A DNA stretch of 64,000 nucleotides, from contig JBBDYJ010000015.1 of the NCBI GenBank assembly GCA_040901675.1, positions 32,001 to 96,000 of the forward strand, given 5' to 3'. The stretch is from Pirellulales bacterium. Lineage in GTDB: Bacteria; Planctomycetota; Planctomycetia; Pirellulales; JAICIG01. Below the pieces are notes generated by a model, which saw nothing but the letters and a program-made list of their open reading frames with translations, was not told where the DNA came from and made no database searches. The position numbers were made by a program, and so were the translations under genes. This document shows, piece by piece, positions 21,101 to 30,727 of the stretch. Positions within the stretch are counted from its first letter, which is position 1. Each line of letters opens with the position of its first letter.

Positions 21101-21230
21101 GGGCAACCAGGCCTTTGTCGAGCGGGCGCCGCGAGAGGTGGTTGAAAACGAGCGGCAAGCCTTGGCCGGTCTCCGCGAGCAGTTGTCGTCCGTTCAGAAG
21201 TCGTTGTCGGCGCTGCGGGGCCAAGGGTAG
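18162..21230 (+). CDS. valS: Valine--tRNA ligase
   Basis: PPPNVTGALHLGH, PGTDHAGIATQ, DWPISRQLWWGH, DVLDTWFSS, GMSKM (KMSKS-like), C-terminal coiled coil. Confidence 0.97.
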   Translation: MSATTSLESLPKQYQHREPERRWYQFWLDRGYFHSEPDPTRPPYTIVIPPPNVTGALHLGHALNNSLQDILIRFKRMQGFNALWMPGTDHAGIATQAVVERRLLEEEKKSRHDLGREELVRRIWAWKDEYEERILGQLKRMGSSCDWERTRFTLDPVCARAVRHTFFNLFKQGLIYRGKRLVNWDTYLQTAVSDDEVFHETVAGHFWHFRYPVIDPVPGEPTHVTIATTRPETMLGDTAVAVHPDPQAALAEAESQLREKLSQAPDKQRPALKAELTALVERRTTHLPLLLKLRDMARSGRMLMLPLVDREIPLVADEWARPELGSGCVKITPAHDPNDYEVGLRRSLPMINILNPDGTLNANAGAYRGLTVAAARQRVVADLDKLGLLADVEAREIELAHSDRSKTPIEPYLADQWFVKMEDLAESAMQAVRAQSVRIVPSRYARGYLDWLGEKRDWPISRQLWWGHQIPIWYARQVSEQELKQAFAGRDDVVWHRDPEHDQWLVSALEEDLDPQAIPGRRLEREQDVLDTWFSSALWPHSTLGWPERTAELEYYYPTSTLVTNRDIITLWVARMVLTGLFNVGDVPFREVYIHPKILDGYGEGMSKMKGNGVDPLDLIEKFGADSLRFGLAWLTTETQDIRMAVEFECPHCGKLIEQTKKNRVLPRLACPHCRGEFSTQWARKPDDLALPRAAVVSERFELARNFLNKLWNAARFTLLNLEGYSGEPVAESELAVEDRWILSRLSTVTGQVTEALDAYRYADAMRLLYEFAWDDFCSFYLEMSKGRLQQAESRPVAQRVLAHTLDVLLRLLHPAVPFITEEIWQLLAGAARHRGLAEPAEAAESIMIAPWPAAERERQDATIEARFALFQEVLRGLREIRSRQNIPPKTPIRFSARCRPETADLLRAMEGYFESMAGARAVAWGEEASPPATHAHVSLEQLELYVDLAGLIDVAAESARLEKEQARLAGQITAKEKKLGNQAFVERAPREVVENERQALAGLREQLSSVQKSLSALRGQG

Positions 21231-21244
21231 GCTCAATCGGGGGT

Positions 21245-21530
21245 CGGAGGTCAGAGGTCAGAGGACAGAGGTCAGAAGTCAGAGGTCAGAGGTCGGAAGG
21301 TTCGTAGTGATCCGCATTCATGCGGTCCTTCTGCCCCGCAGGGGCGCAACATATCAGCCCACGGGCAACGCCCTGGGTAACCGGTCCCCAAAAAAACCCG
21401 TCGTAGACCGATGTCTCAGCATCGGTCCTCTCCCTGGCCGCCTCCGCCGCCGTCCGTAGCAGGACTCGCCAGAGTTCCGGCCGTCTCCCCTCTCGCAGGA
21501 GTCATTTGTCACTGGTCATTGGTCACTGGT
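21245..21530. repeat. Composite repeat spacer: (AGAGGTC)n, REP B, a CATATCAGCCC..GGGCAACGCCCTGGG element, REP D, (GGTCAYT)n
   Basis: Each unit recurs elsewhere in the window. Confidence 0.75.
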
Positions 21531-21630
21531 CCGCCGGGTGGGGGGCGACGGGCTCGTTGGGCAAACAGCGTGCCGCGGCGGGCGTGGCATTTTTCGACCG
21601 CCACTAGCCGCTATGCTGGCGGCGGACTTA

Positions 21631-21696
21631 TAATTTTGGCTTGCGAGGCTTTTAATCTTGGCTTGCGTGGCCTTTAATTTTGGCTTGCGTGGCCTT
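21631..21696 (+). repeat. Three 22-bp direct repeats TAATYTTGGCTTGCGWGGCYTT
   Basis: Head-to-tail at 21631, 21653 and 21675; the first overlaps TATAAT. Confidence 0.9.
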
Positions 21697-21736
21697 GGGC
21701 CTCGGCAGCCAATTTACTCGGCGAAGGGTTCCGGTC

Positions 21737-22141
21737 ATGCCCGTGCAGATGGAGTTGTCGAGGATCATCATCAGCGAGATCAACGACCAGCAGATCATTT
21801 ACTTGAAGGAGGTCGACGGCGACCGTTCTTTTCCGATTTTGATCGGCATTTTCGAAGCCACCAGCATCGACCGCCGCGTGAAGGGATACATGTCGCCGCG
21901 GCCCTTGACGCACGACCTGTTGGTCAGCGTGGTGGACAATCTCGGCGGCGAGTTCCAGAGCGTGGTGATCAGCGAGCTCAAGGAGCACACCTATTACGCC
22001 CGTCTGCGGATCAAGCACGAAGGCGAGCTGATCGAGATCGACGCCCGCCCCTCCGACGCCATCGCCGTGGCCGTGACCTGCGACCCCCCCCTGCCCATCT
22101 ACGTGACCGAAGAGGTCCTCAACGACGTGCTGGGCGCGTGA
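21737..22141 (+). CDS. Bifunctional nuclease family protein (DUF151)
   Basis: FPILIGIFEA, RPLTHDL, IDARPSDAIA. Confidence 0.92.
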   Translation: MPVQMELSRIIISEINDQQIIYLKEVDGDRSFPILIGIFEATSIDRRVKGYMSPRPLTHDLLVSVVDNLGGEFQSVVISELKEHTYYARLRIKHEGELIEIDARPSDAIAVAVTCDPPLPIYVTEEVLNDVLGA

Positions 22142-22428
22142 TGTTCGTAGTGACCCCATTCATAGGGTCCCTTCTCGTTCGTAGTGACCCCATTTATGGG
22201 GTCCCTTCAACCATTGTCCGCTAAGTCAGCACGAACACTGCTTGAAGCTGCCGGCACGTCGGCAGCTTCAAGCAGTGGCACCAGACTTTGCCACCAGCGA
22301 CCCAAGTGCCAAGATCGAAGACCTAAGCATCTCTCTCTTCGCCTGAATTCTGGCGAATCCAGCTACGGACTTCCCTGGATTCTGGCGAATCCAGCTACGG
22401 ACTTGAGCACTAAGACCCAAACCCCGCT

Positions 22429-24201
22429 TCAGCGCTGGGCGTCGGCGAAGGCTTGCTGGAGGCACTTGAGGGCCTCGCGGCCGGCGGCGCCGTCGACGAT
22501 CACGTTCACGCGCACCTCGCTGGTGTTGATCAAGTCGACGTTGATCCCGGCGTCGGACAGCGAACGGAACATGCGGATCGCTACGCCCGTGTGACTGCGC
22601 ATGCCGATCCCAGATACCGAAAGCTTGGCCACGCGGGGCGAATTGGTCACCGGGCCGCAACCGAACCGCCTGGCCAACTCGCTGCCGACGAAAAGCGCCT
22701 TGTCCAAGGAGGCCTGAGGCACCGTGAAGCTCAGGTTGGCCCGCCCGTCGCGGCCGAAACTCTGCACGATCATGTCGACGAAAATTCCCCCCTCGGCCAC
22801 GCGCTCAAAAACCTGGGCCGCCACGCCGGGAGCGTCCGGAACATTGTTCACCGTGATCCGCGCCTGCGTGTCGTCCAGGTTGATGTCGCTGATCGTCAGG
22901 TTTTCCATGCCCTGCAGACGGGCCACCACCGCGGCGGCGTCGCCCACGTGCGGTTGGACCTTGCTGCTGGGCGGGCGCGGACCGGTTGGCTCGCGATCGA
23001 GCTCGAACACGCCGTGTACCGTCCGCAGGGCCGAGAAGCCTTGCTCGCGGGCCACCAACACCGAGATCTTGATCTCGCTGGTGGTAATCATCTGGATGTT
23101 CACGCCGGCGTCGGCCAGGGCGCGAAACATCCGCTGCGCGACGCCGGTCTGCGTCGCCATACCCAGCCCGACTACCGAGACCTTCGAGACGTTGTCGTCG
23201 TGCGTGAACCCCTCGGCCCCCAACTCGGCGGACGCCTCGGAGACCGCCTTGAGCGTGGAAGGCAGGTCGTCGCGGAATACGGTGAAGGAGACGTCGGCCT
23301 TGGCGTCGCTGCCGATGTTCTGCACGATCATGTCGACCGAGATGTTCTTGGCCGCGATTTTGGAAAAGATGCCCAGGCTGCTGCCGGGCCGGTCGGGGAC
23401 GCCCAGAATGGTGACGCGGGCCTCGTTCTTGACCAGCGTGGCGCCGCTGACCGGCTGCCCCTCGGCCTCCGGTTCGGGCACGATCATGGTGCCGGGCACG
23501 TCGGCCGAGCTGTTGCGGACGTGGATCGGCACCGAGAACTTCTTGGCGAACTCGATCGACCGGCTGTGCATCACTCCCGCGCCCAGGCTGGCCAGCTCCA
23601 GCATCTCGTCGTAGCTGACCTGCTTGACCATGCGCGCTTCGGGCAGCACACGGGGATCGGTGGTGTAGACGCCGTCCACGTCGGTGTAGATCTCGCAGGC
23701 GTCGGCGCCCAGCACGGCCGCCAGGGCCACCGCGGTGGTGTCGCTGCCGCCGCGGCCCAGCGTGGTGATATTGTAGTTCTCGTCGATGCCCTGGAAGCCG
23801 GCGGCGATCACGATCTTTCCCTCGGCCAGCGCCTTGCGCATGCGGTCGGTGGAGATCGACTGGATGCGGGCCTTGGTGTGCGTGCTGTCGGTCTTGATGC
23901 CGATTTGCGCTCCCGTGAAGCTGATGGCCTGCTGGCCCAACGAATCGATGGCCATGGCCATCAGGGCCACGCTCACCTGTTCGCCGGTGGACAAGAGCAT
24001 GTCCATCTCGCGGGCCGGAGGGTCGTCGCTGATCTGGTTCGCCAGCTCGACCAGCAGGTCGGTGTTCTTTCCCATGGCGCTGACGACCATCACCACCTGG
24101 TTGCCCTCCTGCCGGGCGCGGACCGCCTTGCGGGCGGCAGCCAGTATCTTGGCGCTGTCGGCAACGCTCGTGCCGCCGAATTTCTGCACAATCAGAGGCA
24201 T
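22429..24201 (-). CDS. lysC: Aspartate kinase with multiple ACT domains
   Basis: VQKFGGTSV, TLGRGGSDTTA, TDVDGVYTTDPR. Confidence 0.96.
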   Translation of the reverse strand: MPLIVQKFGGTSVADSAKILAAARKAVRARQEGNQVVMVVSAMGKNTDLLVELANQISDDPPAREMDMLLSTGEQVSVALMAMAIDSLGQQAISFTGAQIGIKTDSTHTKARIQSISTDRMRKALAEGKIVIAAGFQGIDENYNITTLGRGGSDTTAVALAAVLGADACEIYTDVDGVYTTDPRVLPEARMVKQVSYDEMLELASLGAGVMHSRSIEFAKKFSVPIHVRNSSADVPGTMIVPEPEAEGQPVSGATLVKNEARVTILGVPDRPGSSLGIFSKIAAKNISVDMIVQNIGSDAKADVSFTVFRDDLPSTLKAVSEASAELGAEGFTHDDNVSKVSVVGLGMATQTGVAQRMFRALADAGVNIQMITTSEIKISVLVAREQGFSALRTVHGVFELDREPTGPRPPSSKVQPHVGDAAAVVARLQGMENLTISDINLDDTQARITVNNVPDAPGVAAQVFERVAEGGIFVDMIVQSFGRDGRANLSFTVPQASLDKALFVGSELARRFGCGPVTNSPRVAKLSVSGIGMRSHTGVAIRMFRSLSDAGINVDLINTSEVRVNVIVDGAAGREALKCLQQAFADAQR

Positions 24202-24204
24202 CGC

Positions 24205-25461
24205 TCAGTTCCCAACGAAAAAACGCATCAGCTTCCAGCCCTCCTCAAAGTTCAAGGCCGAGGCGGCCGCCGCCGCTTCGTGGTAGCCATCGGCTCCGCC
24301 GGCCTGGATACCGCTGCCGGCCATGGCAAAGGGCACCGCTCCGTGGCTGTGGGTCTTGGTCCGCAGCGGCGTGGGGTGGTCGGGAGTGACCAGGATCCGG
24401 TAGTCGCCCCCGGTTCGCAGCGCGGCGTGCAACGGGCCCACGATGTGCCGGTCGATCTCCTCGAGCGCCCGGATCTTGGCGGCGCAGTTCCCTTCGTGCG
24501 AGGCCTCGTCCGTGGCCTCGACGTGAACGCACACGAGATCGACGTCGTCGAGCGCCTCGACGGCCGCGCGTCCCTTGGCCGCGTAGTCGGTGTCCAGATA
24601 ACCGGTGGCCCCGGGCACGTCGATCCGCCGCCAGCCCACGAGCGCGGCCAGCCCGCGCAACAGGTCGACGGCCGTGATCATAGCGCCTCGTTTTCCATAA
24701 ACCGCCTCGAACGGCGGCAGGTGAATGCTGCGCCCTTGTCCCCAGAGCCAGATGTTGGTGGCCGGCAACTGGCCGCGGGCTCGTCGGGCGACGTTCACCG
24801 GGTGGTTGGCGAACAGCGCGATGCTCTCGCTCATCAGGCAGTTCAAAAGCTGGCCGCCGGGACCCCGAGGATAGTCGTCCAGCACCGATTTGTCGGTCAA
24901 ATCGTGCGGCGGCGTGGCACGCGTATCCGAGGTGAAGGGTGCCGGCTTCTCGCCCGCCCGGTAGATCAACAGGTTCCGATAGCTCACGCCGGGGACGAAC
25001 TCGAGCTGCCCCGTACCAGCGGCCTGCCCAGTGCCCAGTGCTTGCCCAGTACCCAGGGCCTGCCCGGTACATAGTGCCTGCTGGGCCGTGGCCAGCAATT
25101 GCCGGGCTTCTTCGCTGGAGATATGACCGGCGGTGAAGTCGCGCATCGTCTGGTCTTCGATCGTGACCAGGTTCAGGCGGATGGCCCAATCATTGGCGCC
25201 CAGCGCGATCCCCTGCGCGGCGGCTTCCAAAGGCGCCCGGCCGCTGAAATGAGCCAGGGGGTCGTATCCCAGCAGGCTCAGGTTGGCCACGTCCGATCCG
25301 GGCGGCAGCGAAGCGGGCACGTGGTTGGCCCGCCCCACGACGCCCGACGCGGCGACCGCATCCATGTGTGGAATGTGCGCCGCCTGCAAGGGGGTGCGCC
25401 CCTCCAGCACCCCTTGCGGTTCGTCGGCACAGCCGTCGGGAATGATGATGGCGTATTTCAC
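24205..25461 (-). CDS. Cofactor-independent phosphoglycerate mutase family protein (ApgM-like, proposed homoserine kinase)
   Basis: GTG start; IIPDGCAD, PGSDVANL, EATDEASHEG, TPDHPTP; lies between hom and lysC. Confidence 0.88.
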   Translation of the reverse strand: MKYAIIIPDGCADEPQGVLEGRTPLQAAHIPHMDAVAASGVVGRANHVPASLPPGSDVANLSLLGYDPLAHFSGRAPLEAAAQGIALGANDWAIRLNLVTIEDQTMRDFTAGHISSEEARQLLATAQQALCTGQALGTGQALGTGQAAGTGQLEFVPGVSYRNLLIYRAGEKPAPFTSDTRATPPHDLTDKSVLDDYPRGPGGQLLNCLMSESIALFANHPVNVARRARGQLPATNIWLWGQGRSIHLPPFEAVYGKRGAMITAVDLLRGLAALVGWRRIDVPGATGYLDTDYAAKGRAAVEALDDVDLVCVHVEATDEASHEGNCAAKIRALEEIDRHIVGPLHAALRTGGDYRILVTPDHPTPLRTKTHSHGAVPFAMAGSGIQAGGADGYHEAAAAASALNFEEGWKLMRFFVGN

Positions 25462-25462
25462 T

Positions 25463-26770
25463 TCAGTCTCGAATCCGCATCCGGGCGCTGCCGGGGCGCA
25501 CACACAGCAGCCGGTTGATCTCGTCCAAGGCCGCGGTGGTGGCTCCCTCGCTGGTGCGGTGCGTGATGATCACCAGCGGCACGATGGCCGCCTCGGCCGA
25601 CGGCGGCTCGTGCTGGATCACCGAGGCGATCGAAATGCCGTTGCGGCCCAGCGCGCCGGTGATGGCCGCCATGACCCCCGGCCGGTCCTCGACGTTGAAC
25701 CGCAGGTAGAACCGGCCGCAGACGTTGGCATATTGGCGTGCGGCCACGCGGGCCTCGCGCTGCGACCAAAGCTCCAGGGTGCGGAAAGTAATGGCGGTGC
25801 GGCCCACCACCGTGTCGATGAGGTCGGCGACCACGGCGGAGGCGGTGGGCATCTGGCCGGCGCCCAGGCCGTGGAAGAACACGCGTCCGACGGCATCGCC
25901 GACGACGGCGATGGCGTTGTAGGCTCCGCGGACTTCGGCCAAGGGCGTGCCGATTTTGACCAGCGTGGGCCAGACGTGCAGTTCCAGTCCTTCGTCCACC
26001 AGGTCGGCCGCGGCCAGGAGCTTGATGCGGTAGCCCAGCTCCCTCGCGTAGCGGAGATCGGCGGGGTCGAGGGTGTCGATCCCGCGGCGAGGGATCTCGC
26101 TCCAGTGCACCCGCGCACCGAAGGCCAGGTGCGCCAGGATAGCCAGCTTCTGGGCCGAATCGGTGCCGTCGACGTCCATGCTGGGGTCGGCCTCGGCGTA
26201 ACCCAGCCGCTGCGCCTCGGCCACCGCGGCGGCGTAGTCGACGCCTTCTTCTTCCATCCGGGTCAGGATGAAATTGCTGGTGCCGTTCAGGATGGCGGTC
26301 AGCGACTCGATCTGGTTGGCCGACAGGCACTGGCTGATGTTGGCGATGATCGGGATGCCGCCGGCCACCGAGGCCTCGAAGGCGATCGAGCGGCCCAGCT
26401 CGCGGGCCAGGTCGAACAGCTCGGGCCCATGCTCGGCGAGCAAGGCCTTGTTGGCGGTCACGACGTCCTTGCCGCTTTCGAGCAGGGCCACCATGATCGA
26501 CCGGGCGGGCTCCAGGCCTCCCACCAGGTGCGCCACGGCCTTGATTTCGGGGTCACCGGTGATCCGCTTCAGGTCGCTGGTGAGGATGCCAGCGGGCAGG
26601 GTGCAGTCGCGAGACTTGTTCGTGTCGCGGACGACCACCTGCTGGAGCCACAAGGTGCGGCCGGCGTGCCGCGCGGTCCGGTCGCCGTAGTCGAGCAGCA
26701 GGCGTGCAACTCCGGACCCGACCGTTCCCAGCCCGACGATGCCGACTTTTGTCTTTTCCAATTGGGTCAT
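25463..26770 (-). CDS. hom: Homoserine dehydrogenase with ACT domain
   Basis: GLGTVGSG, VVTANKA, FEASVAGGIP, NGTSNFIL, GYAEADP. Start may instead be TTG at 26761. Confidence 0.96.
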   Translation of the reverse strand: MTQLEKTKVGIVGLGTVGSGVARLLLDYGDRTARHAGRTLWLQQVVVRDTNKSRDCTLPAGILTSDLKRITGDPEIKAVAHLVGGLEPARSIMVALLESGKDVVTANKALLAEHGPELFDLARELGRSIAFEASVAGGIPIIANISQCLSANQIESLTAILNGTSNFILTRMEEEGVDYAAAVAEAQRLGYAEADPSMDVDGTDSAQKLAILAHLAFGARVHWSEIPRRGIDTLDPADLRYARELGYRIKLLAAADLVDEGLELHVWPTLVKIGTPLAEVRGAYNAIAVVGDAVGRVFFHGLGAGQMPTASAVVADLIDTVVGRTAITFRTLELWSQREARVAARQYANVCGRFYLRFNVEDRPGVMAAITGALGRNGISIASVIQHEPPSAEAAIVPLVIITHRTSEGATTAALDEINRLLCVRPGSARMRIRD

Positions 26771-26926
26771 TTGTCATTGGTCATTGGTCATTGGTTCCGC
26801 CGAAGGCGGACTTTCTGCACGGTCATTGGTCATTGGTCATTGGTCATTTGTCATTGGTCATTGGTCATTGGTCATTGGTCATTGGTCATTGGTCATTGGT
26901 CATTGGTTTCGCCGGAGGCGGACTTT
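26766..26926. repeat. Long (GGTCATT)n heptamer array interrupted by CGCCGRAGGCGGACTTT hairpins
   Basis: About 16 heptamer units; mini-hairpins at ~26798 and ~26910. Confidence 0.9.
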
Positions 26927-27257
26927 CAGCTAGCGCCTCATCGCCCTGTTTCCTCTGCATCTCAAGGAAGAGAGCCGAACCAACGCGAAACCGGTCATCG
27001 TAGGTCGGTTTGGCGTGGCTCGTCAAGGCGGCCGACCGTCCCAGAACCGCCGGGCGCGGCGGCTCCAGTGGAAGTGTTGCACCCGGTTTGGCAGGGTTGC
27101 GGGCGGGAGCCTGCCGGCGGCCGTATTTGCTTGAAGGCCTTCGAGTTGCGGCGAGCGGTTGGAACTTATTTGCGGCCGCTTGCAGTTGCCAAGCGTGAGC
27201 TATGCTTTTTCAGCACATGTTGCACCCACGCCTCTGATTAATGCCAGTTTGCAGACC

Positions 27258-28583
27258 ATGGTCAAGAGCTTACCAACGACAGCCCGCCCCGGCGACAAGA
27301 CTCAGGAATCGGACTTCGAGGACCTGAAGCGCCGGATCCACAGCAAGCTTGTCGACAAGCTCGACATGACCAAGGTCGGCGACCTGGAAGGGGACGTGCT
27401 GCGGCGCGAGATCCGCCTGGTCGTCGAGCACCTGAGCGACGCCGAGGACACGCTGCTCAACCGCAGCGAGCGCGAACGGCTGGTCGACGAGGTGCTGGAC
27501 GAGACCTTCGGCCTGGGCCCGCTGGAGCTGCTGCTGAAGGACTCGACGATCAGCGACATCCTGATCAACGGCCCCAGGAACATCTACGTCGAGCGCCGCG
27601 GCAAGATGGAAAAGACCAACGTGGTGTTCCGCGACAACGCGCACCTGATGCAGATCATCGACCGCATCGTGTCGCGGGTGGGACGCCGCGTGGACGAAGT
27701 CTGCCCGATGGTCGACGCCCGCTTGCCGGACGGGTCGCGCGTGAACGCGATCATCCCGCCGCTGGCCCTGGACGGGGCCTGTGTCTCGATTCGCCGTTTC
27801 GGCTCGAATCCGCTCAAGCTGGAGGACTTGCTCAACTTCAAGGCCTTCACGCCCGAGATGGTGATGCTGCTGGAAGGCTCGATCAAGGCCCGCTTGAACA
27901 TGATCATCTCCGGCGGCACGGGCTCCGGCAAGACGACGCTGCTGAACACGCTTTCCAGCTTCATATCGAACCACGACCGCATCGTGACGATCGAGGACGC
28001 CGCCGAATTGCAGCTCCAGCAGGACCACGTGGTCCGACTGGAGACCCGGCCGCCCAACATCGAGGGTAAAGGCGCGATCACCGCCACCGACCTGGTCCGC
28101 AACGCCCTGCGTATGCGGCCCGAACGCATTATCATCGGCGAGTGCCGCGGACCGGAAACACTCGACATGCTGCAAGCCATGAACACCGGTCACGAGGGTT
28201 CGTTGACCACGCTGCACGCCAACACGCCGCGCGACGCCCTGGCCCGCATCGAGACCATGATCGCCATGGCCGGCTTCGAGCTGCCGCTCAAGGCCATGCG
28301 GCAGCAGGTTGCCAGCGGCGTGGACCTGATCATCCAGGCCAACCGCCTGCAGGGCGGCCCCCGCAAAATCACGCACATTACCGAGGTCCTCGGGATGGAG
28401 CAGGAAACGATCGTCATGCAGGACATTTATCACTACGTGCAGGACGGCATCGACGAGAAGGGCCGGGCCTACGGCAAGTTCGAGGCCACGGGAATTCGGC
28501 CCAGCTTCATGGACCGGCTGGAATCGGCGGGCGTGCGCCTGCCGGCCAGCGCCTTCCGACAACGTGTCATGCTGGTGGACTAA
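27258..28583 (+). CDS. cpaF: Tad pilus assembly ATPase CpaF/TadA
   Basis: [39 protein letters not shown]. Confidence 0.95.
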   Translation: MVKSLPTTARPGDKTQESDFEDLKRRIHSKLVDKLDMTKVGDLEGDVLRREIRLVVEHLSDAEDTLLNRSERERLVDEVLDETFGLGPLELLLKDSTISDILINGPRNIYVERRGKMEKTNVVFRDNAHLMQIIDRIVSRVGRRVDEVCPMVDARLPDGSRVNAIIPPLALDGACVSIRRFGSNPLKLEDLLNFKAFTPEMVMLLEGSIKARLNMIISGGTGSGKTTLLNTLSSFISNHDRIVTIEDAAELQLQQDHVVRLETRPPNIEGKGAITATDLVRNALRMRPERIIIGECRGPETLDMLQAMNTGHEGSLTTLHANTPRDALARIETMIAMAGFELPLKAMRQQVASGVDLIIQANRLQGGPRKITHITEVLGMEQETIVMQDIYHYVQDGIDEKGRAYGKFEATGIRPSFMDRLESAGVRLPASAFRQRVMLVD

Positions 28584-28585
28584 CT

Positions 28586-29551
28586 ATGAACCCCCTGTTT
28601 ATTTCGATTGCCGCGTTCGTGGCCGTGGCCGCCCTGGTGGGGGCGGTGGCGATGTTCCTCCGCGACCGCTCCGGCACCAAGATCGAGGACCGGCTCGACG
28701 TGTTGACGGGGCTGAGCGGCTCGTCGGCCAAGGAGTCGGGGCTCAAGAACACGGTGCTTTCGCACCCGCTGGATGCCGTCCCCGGCGTATTCGAGGGGAT
28801 CGTGTCCCGCATCGAGCGCCTCAAACTCCTCTTCGACCAGGCCGATACCTCGTTGACGGCGCCCAAGTTCTTCGCCATTTCCGCGGCGCTCTGCGGCGTG
28901 GGCATGGCGGTGGGGACGTACGCCGGATTCGGCGTGGCCCTGTTGCCGTTGCTGGGACTTGCCATGGGTTCTCTGCCGCTGTTGTGGCTGATCTGGCGGC
29001 GGCGCAAGCGGCTCAAGGCTTTTCAGTCGCAGCTCCCCGACGCACTGGAGCTGATCTCCCGGGCGCTGCGGGCCGGACATAGCCTGGCGGCCGGATTCAG
29101 CCTGGTCCAGGAGGAAATGCCCGATCCGATCGGAGTGGAGTTCGGCCGCGTGTTCGAAGAGCAAAACCTGGGCATTCCCATGGAAGAGGCGCTGACGTCG
29201 CTGGCCGACCGGGTGCCCAACCTCGACCTGCGGTTCTTTTCGACCGCCGTGATCCTGCAGCGACAGACGGGCGGCGACCTGGCCGAAATCCTGGACAAGA
29301 TCGGCTACCTGGTCCGCGAACGGTTCAAGATCTGGGGCCAGATCCAGGCCCTTACCGGCGAAGGCCGGCTGTCGGGCGTGGTGCTGCTGGCCCTGCCGCC
29401 CGTGCTGTTCATCGCCGTGTACCGGCTCAACCCGGAATACATCATGATGCTGTTCACCGACCCGATGGGAAAACAAATGCTCGCCGGCGCCATTGTGCTG
29501 CAGTTGCTGGGAGCCGTGTGCATCAAGAAAATCATTAACATTAAGGTTTAA
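28586..29551 (+). CDS. tadB: Tad membrane protein TadB (T2SS F family)
   Basis: QLPDALELISRALRAGHSL, QRQTGGDLAEIL, ALTGEGRLS. Confidence 0.92.
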   Translation: MNPLFISIAAFVAVAALVGAVAMFLRDRSGTKIEDRLDVLTGLSGSSAKESGLKNTVLSHPLDAVPGVFEGIVSRIERLKLLFDQADTSLTAPKFFAISAALCGVGMAVGTYAGFGVALLPLLGLAMGSLPLLWLIWRRRKRLKAFQSQLPDALELISRALRAGHSLAAGFSLVQEEMPDPIGVEFGRVFEEQNLGIPMEEALTSLADRVPNLDLRFFSTAVILQRQTGGDLAEILDKIGYLVRERFKIWGQIQALTGEGRLSGVVLLALPPVLFIAVYRLNPEYIMMLFTDPMGKQMLAGAIVLQLLGAVCIKKIINIKV

Positions 29552-29558
29552 GCGTTCC

Positions 29559-30539
29559 GTGATCCTCGCAGACCTGATCAATTTCGAGCAAATCGTCCCC
29601 TTCGCCGTCTTCGGCCTGTTCGCGGCCGCCGCCTGGTGGCTGCTGGACCGCATGGCCGCGGGAAAACCGCGGGCCGTGGAACGCCTCGACGAAATCAAGA
29701 ATCCCGCCCTGCGCCGCCGCAAGAGCGACGACGAAGGCAGCCTGGTGAAGAAGTCGGACGCCATGACCCGCGTCCTGGCCAAGGCTGCTCCGGGCCTGGC
29801 CAAGCCGCTGGCCCCCAAGAACGAGCTGGAAGCCAGCAAGCTCAAGCTGAAGCTGGCCAACGCCGGCTTCCGAAACGAGGCGGCGCCTTCGATCTTCCTC
29901 GGTTTAAAGTTCTCCGGCTTGCTGGCCGGCTTGTTCTTCAGCGGCGTCACCGTGGCCGCCATCTCCCAGTTCGATCAGCAGTCGCTGATGACCATCGTGC
30001 TCACGACCGGCTTCCTCTTCTACCTGCCCGAAATGGTGTTGATGTACATCAGCAAAAAGCGCAAGGAGAGCATCTTCCTCGGCTTGCCCGACGCACTCGA
30101 CTTGATGGTGGTTTGCGTCGAGGCCGGGCTCGGTCTGGACCAGGCCATGCGCAAGGTGTCCGAGGAGATGAAGCGGACCTATAAAGTCATCGCCGAGGAG
30201 TTCGGACTGGCCAACTTCCAGTTGCAGGTCGGACGGGCCAAGGCCGACGTGCTCCACGAACTGGGCATCCGCAGCGGCGTCGACGACCTGCGGAGCCTGG
30301 CCGCCATCCTGATCCAGGCCGACAAGTTCGGCTCCAGCGTGGCCCAGGCCTTGCGGGTCCAAAGCGATTCCATGCGGACCCGCCGGCGCCAACTGGCCGA
30401 GGAAAAGGCCGCCAAGACGGCCGTCAAGCTGATCTTCCCGCTGGTGATCTTCATCTTTCCCGGCATTTTCGTGGTCCTGGTCGGCCCGGCCGCCATTACC
30501 ATGGTCCGCGACATGTTCCCGGTCATGGGTGGCGGTTGA
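29559..30539 (+). CDS. tadC: Tad membrane protein TadC (T2SS F family)
   Basis: LPDALDLMVVCVEAGLGLD, AEEKAAKTAVKLIFPL; GTG start. Confidence 0.92.
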   Translation: MILADLINFEQIVPFAVFGLFAAAAWWLLDRMAAGKPRAVERLDEIKNPALRRRKSDDEGSLVKKSDAMTRVLAKAAPGLAKPLAPKNELEASKLKLKLANAGFRNEAAPSIFLGLKFSGLLAGLFFSGVTVAAISQFDQQSLMTIVLTTGFLFYLPEMVLMYISKKRKESIFLGLPDALDLMVVCVEAGLGLDQAMRKVSEEMKRTYKVIAEEFGLANFQLQVGRAKADVLHELGIRSGVDDLRSLAAILIQADKFGSSVAQALRVQSDSMRTRRRQLAEEKAAKTAVKLIFPLVIFIFPGIFVVLVGPAAITMVRDMFPVMGGG

Positions 30540-30727
30540 TCCGGTTACGAGATTCGGGCTGGCTGCGGGGCAAACGACCGCATTTGCGCGCCCGATCGGC
30601 CGATAATCCCTGTAGCCGGCCGGTTCATTTCGGTTGCGCGCATTCGGGCGGATCCCGGCCTGCCTGAATCGGCTGCCACCGCGCCGTCAGCCTGAAAACC
30701 TCACCCTCCAGGATGGGAGACTGCACC

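Noticed and set aside
26704..27003. ORFs rich in SLVIGHW
   Set aside because: Translations of the GGTCATT heptamer array.
27160..27175. Sigma54 promoter for the tad genes (TGGAACTTATTTGC)
   Set aside because: GG-GC spacing is 9 nt rather than the required 10.
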